Source: a virus
Lineage: Duplodnaviria; Caudoviricetes
Direction: 5' to 3' (one strand)
Length of the DNA: 40,958 bases
Virus record (IMG/VR): IMGVR_UViG_3300025836_000014
Span: 1-40,958 of that record
The position numbers and the translations under genes were made by a program. Within the stretch, counting starts at the first letter, position 1. Each line of letters begins with the position of its first letter. Below, piece after piece: positions 1-6,340 of the stretch. The notes under the pieces are model-generated. The model saw nothing but the letters and a program-made list of their open reading frames with translations. It had not been told where the DNA came from and searched no databases.

Positions 1-295
1 GGGCGGCTCGGCCTGGTTCCTGCAATGCACCATCGCCGCGCCGTTCACGGCGGCCACGCTCAACGAGCTCGCGCCGATGCCAGTCGTCAAGCAGATCAAC
101 GAAACGCTGTACGCGTACAAGAACGCCGCCGGGAAGAACGAGATCACCGGCACTGCCGCACCGACCACAGGCACATGGGCTGTCGGGGACACCTGCTGGA
201 ATAGCGCCCCTGCCGCTGCCGGCACGCCGGGGTGGGTGTGCACCACCGGGGGGACTCCCGGTACGTGGAAAGCGATGGCTGCCCTCGCAGCCTGA
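1..295 (+). CDS. C-terminal part of beta-helix (pectate-lyase-like) spike protein, 5' partial
   Basis: Frame is open from nt 2 (GGSAWFLQCTIAAPF...) to TGA at 295. Ends with GTWAVGDTCWNSAP...GWVCTTGGTPGTW, a motif common at the end of phage spike/beta-helix proteins. In frame with the ORF running off the 3' end of the window. Confidence 0.75.
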   Translation, partial: GGSAWFLQCTIAAPFTAATLNELAPMPVVKQINETLYAYKNAAGKNEITGTAAPTTGTWAVGDTCWNSAPAAAGTPGWVCTTGGTPGTWKAMAALAA

Positions 296-377
296 CCCCC
301 GTGATCGACTGCGGGTTCGTGTCCATCACCTGACCCCCCATCCCACCCACTCGCTCGGACCCCAAGCCGAGCCCACG

Positions 378-414
378 ACGGCCCCTCCCCATCCCCGGGG
401 GAGGGGCCGTTTTT
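378..414 (+). terminator. Intrinsic terminator of the late operon, between convergent operons
   Basis: 13-bp perfect stem ACGGCCCCTCCCC (378-390) / GGGGAGGGGCCGT (398-410), 7-nt loop, then TTTT. Confidence 0.85.
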
Positions 415-421
415 GGCGTTC

Positions 422-649
422 TCAGGATCCGATGATCGCCACGGCGAGACGTATGAGGATGAACGCGACGACGACCACAGCCACGACGATCAGGACCCTC
501 TGCCCGACGGGTCGGATCGCGAACCCCTTCATGTCGGCCGCTAGTTGCTCGCGCGACACGAAGGCCTCGCCGTTAGTCATCTCACCCGCCGCGACCTTGC
601 GGTCGATCTCGTCGAGGGCGTCCGCGTACTCCTGCTGCTGCTTGTTCAT
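422..649 (-). CDS. Small membrane protein (75 aa), SHOCT-like N-terminus plus one C-terminal TM helix
   Basis: MNKQQQEYADALDEIDRKVAAGEMTNGEAF...VLIVVAVVVVAFILIRLAVAIIGS; directly follows the upstream gene. Confidence 0.7.
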   Translation of the reverse strand: MNKQQQEYADALDEIDRKVAAGEMTNGEAFVSREQLAADMKGFAIRPVGQRVLIVVAVVVVAFILIRLAVAIIGS

Positions 650-653
650 CACT

Positions 654-977
654 TCACCATTCCTGATAGTCGGGGTGCTCGGCGTACGGCACGGCGAGGA
701 GTTGCATGGCGAGCTCGAGGCCGTACTGCTCGCCTCCGACCCAGTTACTCTCTTCCGGATCAACCGCTCGCCACGCGTCGATGATCGCCCGCTTGGCTGC
801 ACACTCGGCCAGGACCTCGCGGGGCGACATGAGCCGGACGTACTCGTCGACCTTGTCGTCGGCCTCGGTGTACCAGACCCCCTGCATCGCCCAGTCCGCC
901 GCCTGCGCCGCCGCCTCGCGCTCGGCGATGCGGGCCAGCAGGAACTCGGCCCGGGTCATCGTCGTCACGTCGGTCAT
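654..977 (-). CDS. DUF6221-like protein
   Basis: EFLLARIAE...SPREVLAECAAKRAII...LLAVPYAEHPDYQEW signature. GAGAGGAAG RBS precedes the ATG at 977; an alternative in-frame ATG is at 1115. Confidence 0.8.
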   Translation of the reverse strand: MTDVTTMTRAEFLLARIAEREAAAQAADWAMQGVWYTEADDKVDEYVRLMSPREVLAECAAKRAIIDAWRAVDPEESNWVGGEQYGLELAMQLLAVPYAEHPDYQEW

Positions 978-1121
978 CTTCCTCTCGATCCAGCGCCTAA
1001 GGATGCTCGCCTTGCCGAGCGCGTACGATCCAGCGCCATCGACACCCAAAGAGATGAAGTGGGCAAGGATTTCGCTATCGATATGTTCGGCTCCCGCGCT
1101 CGTCATGGCATCCATCTTCCC

Positions 1122-1907
1122 CTATGCCGCGAACCTCAGCGCGGTCCGCATCGACGCCGACCCCGTATCCAGGTACACCTGCGTCGTCATCAGCGACGCG
1201 TGACCGAGGAGCAACTGCACCGCGCGCAGGTCGTGCTCGCCCTCATAGGCGCGGGTCGCGAACCGCCGGCGCAGGCTGTGGGGGGACCATCCGTCCGGGA
1301 GCGCGGCCGAGATGAGCACGCCGACCCGGCAGGGCGTCAGATGCCCGTCACGGCCCGGAAACAGCCATCCACGGGGCGCGGCGGCGATCCGGGCCGCAAT
1401 GCCCGGGTGGAGCGGGATCGTGCGCTCACGTGAGCCCTTGCCGTGAACCACGAGGAGCCAGCCGTCCGCGTCGCTGCGTAGGTCGCGCGTGTGGACAGCG
1501 GCGATCTCGCAGCGTCGGAGGCCCTGCCGTGCGCCGAGGTCGATCATGAGCTGCGTCCGCGCGTCGCAGACGGCCGCCAGGATGGCCTTGTCGGGAGCCG
1601 CGGGCAGGTTCACATGGGTGAAGTGGATCGGGGGCAGGGCCTCGGCGGGGGAGTGGCGGATGACGCGCGTCGCCACCAGGTGCCGGTAGAAGTCGCGGAA
1701 CGTGGCGCGGACGCTGTACCTCGTGGACGGTCCCCACTCGCCCGAGTTGAGGTACGTGACGAGGTCGGCGGTCGTCGCGGCTCGGATCAGGCCGTGATGC
1801 TGCTCGGCGAAGCGCCGCAACTGCCACGTGCGCAGGTAGATCGTCGTGCGAGGGCGGCCCATGTCGCGGAGGTGGTCGGCGTAGGAGCCGATGTCAGAGG
1901 GGGTCAT
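1122..1907 (-). CDS. int: Tyrosine integrase, short type (261 aa) without an arm-binding domain
   Basis: Catalytic residues: GLRRCEI (R), HGKG (K), HSLRR (HxxR), LLGH, TTQVY (Y). C-terminus is ...ALRFAA. Confidence 0.93.
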   Translation of the reverse strand: MTPSDIGSYADHLRDMGRPRTTIYLRTWQLRRFAEQHHGLIRAATTADLVTYLNSGEWGPSTRYSVRATFRDFYRHLVATRVIRHSPAEALPPIHFTHVNLPAAPDKAILAAVCDARTQLMIDLGARQGLRRCEIAAVHTRDLRSDADGWLLVVHGKGSRERTIPLHPGIAARIAAAPRGWLFPGRDGHLTPCRVGVLISAALPDGWSPHSLRRRFATRAYEGEHDLRAVQLLLGHASLMTTQVYLDTGSASMRTALRFAA

Positions 1908-1968
1908 GGACTGCGATCGTCCTACCAGCGTTAAGGTTCCGCGCCCGGATAAGAGGACGCTCATCGAA

Positions 1969-2298
1969 TCAGGCGACCAAACTGAGGTGACGCAAGCAAC
2001 CACCTGTATCAGTGCGTCGCCTACCAGGGTTGGACTTGAGACCGGTTTCCGGGTCGCCATCGTTCGCATACTCGCCCGTCTCGAGCCAGCCACGATCGAA
2101 GCCTGTGGCCATCGCCCATGCTAGGAGCGCGGGCCGTCGGGGCGGGTAGAGACCCCGCTCATAGTTGCTGATCGTCCCCCGTGAGATCCCGGTGGCGTCA
2201 GAGAACTCGGCTTGGTCGTAGCCAGCCTGTTCACGGGCGATGCGGAGACGGTCACGGATACCGAACCGGTAGGTCCGGCCGCTCGGCTGTGCTGTCAT
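1969..2298 (-). CDS. Immunity repressor (XRE/HTH_3) with ssrA-like C-terminal tag
   Basis: DRLRIAREQAGYDQAEFSDATGISRGTISNYERG HTH, then WLETG and an unstructured tail ending LSLVA. Lies upstream of int and divergent from the cro-like gene. Confidence 0.9.
   Translation of the reverse strand: MTAQPSGRTYRFGIRDRLRIAREQAGYDQAEFSDATGISRGTISNYERGLYPPRRPALLAWAMATGFDRGWLETGEYANDGDPETGLKSNPGRRRTDTGGCLRHLSLVA
1985..2022. other. Candidate attP core inside the 3' end of the repressor gene
   Basis: Imperfect inverted repeat AGGTGACGCA (1985-1994) / TGCGTCGCCT (2013-2022) around AGCAA-CCACCTG-TATCAG, just before the tag-encoding codons. Confidence 0.5.
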
Positions 2299-2305
2299 AC
2301 GCCCA

Positions 2306-2335
2306 AGCATAGGCAGAGGCGTCTAGTTCGCGCAA
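2306..2335 (-). promoter_or_regulatory. Repressor promoter, probably leaderless
   Basis: Minus strand: -35 TTGCGC (2335-2330), 18-nt spacer, -10 TATGCT (2311-2306), then 7 nt to ATG 2298. No SD sequence. Confidence 0.7.
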
Positions 2336-2375
2336 GGCCCAAGATTAGGAAATTCTCACGATATGGGCGCGGCAC

Positions 2376-2405
2376 TTGCGCAATGTTAGGCGGACGCGTA
2401 AGGAT
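2376..2405 (+). promoter_or_regulatory. Early lytic promoter (PR-like), probably leaderless
   Basis: -35 TTGCGC (2376-2381), 18-nt spacer, -10-like AAGGAT (2400-2405), then 7 nt to ATG 2413. Confidence 0.55.
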
Positions 2406-2412
2406 AGGCACC

Positions 2413-2604
2413 ATGCCAACACCTACCGACCCCATCACCACCGCGCAGGTGGCTGACGAGTACGGACTCTCTCGCCGCTCCATCGGCCGGCGGATCGCAG
2501 ACGGTGAACTCACCCCGCTGATGAAGCTCCCCGGCTCCACTGGGGCCTACCTTTTCCAGCGCTCCGAGATCGAGCGTGCGTTCGGCAAGGCCGGCGCGGC
2601 ATGA
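2413..2604 (+). CDS. Cro/excisionase-like HTH protein (63 aa)
   Basis: ITTAQVADEYGLSRRSIGRRIADGELTP...GAYLFQRSEIER, an HTH_17/MerR-like fold; divergent from the repressor. Confidence 0.85.
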   Translation: MPTPTDPITTAQVADEYGLSRRSIGRRIADGELTPLMKLPGSTGAYLFQRSEIERAFGKAGAA

Positions 2605-3188
2605 GTAGGTCGGATGTCCATGCGCTTGGCGCGCTCTCGCTGCCCGGTTGGTACGAGAAGCATGTTCTTCCTCGCATCACGAAGACCACCGAGGGCTGCT
2701 GGATCTGGACCGGAGCGAAGGCGTGCGGCTACGGGATGATCCACATCCCGTGCGTCATTGTCTCGGGCAACATCCACGTCGGCGTCCATCGGGTCGTCTG
2801 GATGCGCGAGCGCGGCCCAATCCCGCAGGGCTTGGTGATCGACCACGACGGCCCGAACGGATGCCACAACCGGGCTTGCTGCAACCCCGAGGATCTCCAG
2901 ACGGTCACCCAACGCCACAACATCATGGTCACTGGCCATGGCGTCGTCGCAGAGAACGGGCGCAAGACCCACTGCCCCAAGGGTCATCCGCTCGCTGGAA
3001 AGAACCTGCTCCCCGCTCAGATCGCACGAGGATCGCGGGACTGCGCTGCATGCAAGTCAGATCGCTACGCGCTCCGAATGGAGGCGGCGCGGCTCTTAGG
3101 CATGAGCGGCACGGCCTACGTCGCCACCTACGGCTACACCACAGCGGCCGCCCAGCGGGTCATCGCCGAGTCCATGCGGGCCGCCTAG
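2601..3188 (+). CDS. HNH homing-type endonuclease
   Basis: GCWIWTG...GYG...VHRV...IDH...CHNRACCNPEDL...HN plus a KTHCPKGH...RDCAAC zinc motif. Confidence 0.88.
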   Translation: MSRSDVHALGALSLPGWYEKHVLPRITKTTEGCWIWTGAKACGYGMIHIPCVIVSGNIHVGVHRVVWMRERGPIPQGLVIDHDGPNGCHNRACCNPEDLQTVTQRHNIMVTGHGVVAENGRKTHCPKGHPLAGKNLLPAQIARGSRDCAACKSDRYALRMEAARLLGMSGTAYVATYGYTTAAAQRVIAESMRAA

Positions 3189-3192
3189 TTCC

Positions 3193-3228
3193 AACAAGCA
3201 AGAACGGCCAGGTCCGAAGACCTGACCG
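3193..3228 (-). terminator. Hairpin, possible minus-strand terminator
   Basis: CGGCCAGGTC-CGAA-GACCTGACCG (3205-3228) preceded by A-rich AACAAGCAAGAA, which reads as a U-rich tail on the minus strand. Confidence 0.35.
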
Positions 3229-3248
3229 CCCGACAAAGGAAGCCTAAC

Positions 3249-3686
3249 ATGACCGTTCCGTTCCAGTTCCAGAACCCGCAGCCCGTGTTCCAACCCCTCC
3301 CGCCGCGCCCCCAGAAGCACACCGGGCTCAAGGTCGGCGCCGGCGTCGTCGGCGCGGTCCTCATGCTTGCGATGGGCGGGGTGATGAGCAGCTCTCCGAA
3401 GGCTGCTCCCGTCCCGGCCACGACGGTCACCGCGACCACCACCGCCACGGTCGCCAAGACCAGCGTTCCGGCCTCATGCCTTGCCGCGCTCGACGACGCT
3501 GACGGACTGGTCGTGATCTTCCACGACACGTCCCTCATCTTCGCCGACATTCTCGACGCGATCTCCCGCTACGACGCGAAGGCGCTCAGCGCAGACACGG
3601 ACAAGATCACCGCGCAGACCGCGAAGATCAATGCGAGCACGTACGCCACCGACAGTGCCGCGTGCCGCGCGGCTTCCCGGTCATGA
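3249..3686 (+). CDS. Membrane-anchored/exported hypothetical protein
   Basis: AAGGAAG RBS, hydrophobic helix, Thr-rich linker, helical domain with two Cys. Confidence 0.75.
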   Translation: MTVPFQFQNPQPVFQPLPPRPQKHTGLKVGAGVVGAVLMLAMGGVMSSSPKAAPVPATTVTATTTATVAKTSVPASCLAALDDADGLVVIFHDTSLIFADILDAISRYDAKALSADTDKITAQTAKINASTYATDSAACRAASRS

Positions 3687-3997
3687 CCGCGATCGACGTC
3701 ATCGATCTGGCCGAACTGGCCGCGATGGCGAAGCCGATCCGGCACGAGCTCACCCACACCCGGCGCAACGTCACCCGGTTCCTTTGGGTCGCGACGAACG
3801 GCGAAACGAAGGCCGAACGGATCCAGGCCCGAACGGATCTCCGCCGGGCGCGGACGTTGCGCGACGCGTACAAGCGGCTCCTCCTCGCGATCCAGACCGT
3901 GATCGCGCCGAAGCCCGACTGTCTCGACGCCATGTGCGCAGCCATCGACGCCGAGATGTTCACGCCCGAGCACTTCGCGGCTGGCGTGTGGAAATGA
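3683..3997 (+). CDS. Hypothetical protein (104 aa)
   Basis: ATGA overlaps with both neighbours; high-GC codon usage. Confidence 0.7.
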   Translation: MTAIDVIDLAELAAMAKPIRHELTHTRRNVTRFLWVATNGETKAERIQARTDLRRARTLRDAYKRLLLAIQTVIAPKPDCLDAMCAAIDAEMFTPEHFAAGVWK

Positions 3998-4188
3998 CCG
4001 CCCGCGACTACCTCGCCGAGGCGATGGAGACCCTCGAGCACGCCGAACTTGATACCCCGACGTACCTCACGACTGCCGCCCTGCTGTCGGTCGCGACCGA
4101 CGTGCGCCGGATCGCCGACCAGATGGAGCAGCCCGACCCGAACGCCACGCTCCGCGCCTACCTCGCACGTGAGGGGGTGGGGAAATGA
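3994..4188 (+). CDS. Hypothetical protein (64 aa)
   Basis: MTARDYLAEAMETLE...; ATGA-coupled. Confidence 0.7.
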   Translation: MTARDYLAEAMETLEHAELDTPTYLTTAALLSVATDVRRIADQMEQPDPNATLRAYLAREGVGK

Positions 4189-4337
4189 GCAGCGTCACGT
4201 CCGGCCATCGCCTGTCCCCGGCTCACCCCGTAGACCGCGAAGCCCCGGCTCACAACTGGACCGTCTGGTTCATGGGCGCTGCCGTCCTGGTCGCCGTCCT
4301 GTACGTGCTCGCGTTCCTCATGGCCGGCGGTGCGTGA
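4185..4337 (+). CDS. Small membrane peptide (50 aa)
   Basis: MSSVTSGH...WTVWFMGAAVLVAVLYVLAFLMAGGA; ATGA/TGATG coupling; not in the ORF track. Confidence 0.65.
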   Translation: MSSVTSGHRLSPAHPVDREAPAHNWTVWFMGAAVLVAVLYVLAFLMAGGA

Positions 4338-4444
4338 TGCTGCGCACAGTCAAGCCCCAGACCTGGGTTCTGATCGCGTTCATCGCGGCCGTCACCGTGT
4401 TCGGTGCCCTCATGGGCTGGTTTTTCGGGGGGCTGCCGCAATGA
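4337..4444 (+). CDS. Small membrane peptide (35 aa)
   Basis: MLRTVKPQTWVLIAFIAAVTVFGALMGWFFGGLPQ; coupled on both sides. Confidence 0.65.
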   Translation: MLRTVKPQTWVLIAFIAAVTVFGALMGWFFGGLPQ

Positions 4445-4548
4445 CCGGCCTGCTGATCGCGCTCGGCGTCATCGTCGTCCTCACTGTGATCGTCGTGGGC
4501 TGGGCGTCCTTCCTGGCCTGGGTTGACCGCGTCAACGGGGGCGAGTGA
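4441..4548 (+). CDS. Small membrane peptide (35 aa)
   Basis: MTGLLIALGVIVVLTVIVVGWASFLAWVDRVNGGE; coupled on both sides. Confidence 0.65.
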   Translation: MTGLLIALGVIVVLTVIVVGWASFLAWVDRVNGGE

Positions 4549-4805
4549 TGAAGGCCCAGTTCGGCAGCCACTGCCCTGAGTGCGGCCAGAAGATCCACGT
4601 CGGCACGGACATCGAGAATATTGCCGCTCCCGTTGGCGGCATCACTCCGGGCTGGGCTCACGTCACCTGCCCGCCCGAGATCCCGCACGGCCCCGTCTGT
4701 CCGACGTGTCACCTGGAGAAGTCGCTTGACGGCTCGTGTGACTGCCCCGACCAGGACCGCAAGCCGCTCGGCCTCAGGCCCCTGGCTCACCAGGAGCGGA
4801 CATGA
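4545..4805 (+). CDS. Cys-rich zinc-finger-like protein
   Basis: CPEC...HVTC...CPTC...CDC. Confidence 0.7.
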   Translation: MMKAQFGSHCPECGQKIHVGTDIENIAAPVGGITPGWAHVTCPPEIPHGPVCPTCHLEKSLDGSCDCPDQDRKPLGLRPLAHQERT

Positions 4806-4897
4806 AGCGCCGCGTGATCCTCCTAGCCACCGTCGTGGCCCTGCTCATCATCGCCACCAGCAGGTGGCTCAAGAACACGATCGGAGAACTCCCATGA
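4802..4897 (+). CDS. Small membrane peptide (31 aa)
   Basis: AGGAG RBS; MKRRVILLATVVALLIIATSRWLKNTIGELP; ATGA overlaps. Confidence 0.6.
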   Translation: MKRRVILLATVVALLIIATSRWLKNTIGELP

Positions 4898-5157
4898 TGG
4901 CCGTCCAAGAGACCGACAAAACGGGTCCCACTTTCACCCCTGACCAGCTCGTCGCGGCTGCCGTGGTTGGCCTCGTGAGCCCCACTGGCCGTGGTTTCGG
5001 CCCGACGCCCAAGCGGATCACCGAAGCCCGCCATGGCGCTGGCCGACCGACCATCACCGTCTCGGCGCGCCTGTTCATCGAGGTCCTCGACGTCCTCGAA
5101 GCCGCTCACCCCGGCCTGTACGAGAACTACCTCACCGTCGTGAAGGCGGCCGAGTGA
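4894..5157 (+). CDS. Hypothetical protein
   Basis: GGAG RBS; MMAVQETDKTGPTF...; coupled to the next gene. Confidence 0.7.
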   Translation: MMAVQETDKTGPTFTPDQLVAAAVVGLVSPTGRGFGPTPKRITEARHGAGRPTITVSARLFIEVLDVLEAAHPGLYENYLTVVKAAE

Positions 5158-5987
5158 TGGCCCGCGCACCGATCGCCGCCAAGAAGGGGCTCATTTTCAC
5201 GCCCAGCAACCACTCGTACCGTCTCGACGGTAAGGCCGTCCCCGGCGTGACGACGATCCTCGGCGTTCTCGACAAGCCGGCCCTGATCAAGTGGTCGGCG
5301 AAGATGGTCGCCGAGTATGTCGCTGACCATCCCGACACGATCGAGGTCCTGCGTGACTCCGGCCGCAACGCCCTCGTCAACACGCTGAAGGAAGTCCCGT
5401 GGCAGGCCCGCGACAAGGCCGCCGACCGTGGCACTGACATTCACGACTACGCCGAGCAGCTGCTCAACGGGACCGAGCTCGACATCGACGACATACTGCC
5501 CGCGCTCGTCCCGGTCCTGGAGAACGCGATCGCGTTCCTCGACGACTGGCAGATCAGCCCGCTGCTGATCGAGGCCCCGTGTGCGTCCCGGACGGACTGG
5601 TGGGCGGGCACGCTCGACCTGGTCGCCGACTATGTGCATCCGGTCACCAAGGCCGCGGGCCGGGGCGTGTTCGATTGGAAGTCCGGCAAGGCCCTGTACC
5701 CGGAGTACGCGTGGCAGTTCGCCGCCTATGGGCACGCCGAGTTCAGCGGACTGGGCAGTGACGAGACTCCGATGCCGACAGGGATCACGTCCTCGTTCGG
5801 TGTGCATATCCGCGCCGACGGGTACGACGTGGCACCCATGGCGTACAGCGACGCGGTCTATCAGGAGTTCGTGCAGATTCGGCGCACGTACGACGTCGTC
5901 AAGGCCGGCCGTGGTGACTGGAAGAAGCCCGGGTCTGGTCATGTCGGTCTGATGATCCAGTCCGGCGACGAGGTGTCGGTCTCATGA
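5154..5987 (+). CDS. RecE/Cas4-like PD-(D/E)XK exonuclease
   Basis: VPGVTTIL...RGTDIH...IEAP...AGTLDL...DWKSG...QFAAY motifs; upstream of the RecT-like gene. Confidence 0.85.
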   Translation: MMARAPIAAKKGLIFTPSNHSYRLDGKAVPGVTTILGVLDKPALIKWSAKMVAEYVADHPDTIEVLRDSGRNALVNTLKEVPWQARDKAADRGTDIHDYAEQLLNGTELDIDDILPALVPVLENAIAFLDDWQISPLLIEAPCASRTDWWAGTLDLVADYVHPVTKAAGRGVFDWKSGKALYPEYAWQFAAYGHAEFSGLGSDETPMPTGITSSFGVHIRADGYDVAPMAYSDAVYQEFVQIRRTYDVVKAGRGDWKKPGSGHVGLMIQSGDEVSVS

Positions 5988-6340
5988 GCCGCGAGTACTC
6001 CGCCGCCGCACGCGCCCACGCTCGTCAGATGCTCGGCAACTCGTCCCACTCGCGCGGCGCCGACGAGGTCTGGGATCTGGTCGCCGACGCATACGACAAG
6101 GCGCTCGAGGATCTCGCCGCCGACGAAGATCCCGACTACATCGAGCCCGACACGTGCCGACCTGTACAGGTTGAGGTCGACGGCAAGCCGGTCGCCATCC
6201 GCGTCCACGGCGGTCAGGAGATGACCGCTGAAGCGCAGGAGGCATTCGGCCATGTCGTGCGCGCGGCGATCGCCAAGGCCCGCGCCGACGAAGGCCCCCT
6301 TTTCAACGAAGACATCGACACCAACCAGGAGAACTCATGA
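5984..6340 (+). CDS. Hypothetical protein
   Basis: ATGA-coupled 118-aa acidic ORF. Confidence 0.7.
   Translation: MSREYSAAARAHARQMLGNSSHSRGADEVWDLVADAYDKALEDLAADEDPDYIEPDTCRPVQVEVDGKPVAIRVHGGQEMTAEAQEAFGHVVRAAIAKARADEGPLFNEDIDTNQENS

Larger units (their letters stand above)
2301..2409. promoter_or_regulatory. Four candidate 14-bp operators
   Basis: GCCCAAGCATAGGC (2301), GCCCAAGATTAGGA (2337), GCGCAATGTTAGGC (2378), GCGTAAGGATAGGC (2396). Idealised palindrome GCCTAAnnTTAGGC. Confidence 0.65.

Noticed and set aside
296-372. GCGGGTTCGTGTCC resembles a tRNA T-arm; small hairpins nearby
   Set aside because: No cloverleaf, acceptor stem or CCA can be built; too weak for a tRNA or att call.
978-1115. 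46-aa N-terminal extension of the DUF6221-like ORF
   Set aside because: Atypical codon usage and a good RBS at 977 favour the shorter start; the segment may be regulatory.
2023-2059. tRNA-like fragments in the rep 3' end (GGTCTCAAGTCC on minus, ...GGGTCGCCA on plus)
   Set aside because: The T-loop is imperfect, the pieces are on opposite strands and the stems do not pair. Not accepted as a tRNA-derived core, though only a host search can exclude it.
5154-5987. Cas4-like nuclease as a sign of CRISPR
   Set aside because: No repeat-spacer array or other cas genes; the context is a RecE/RecT recombination pair.
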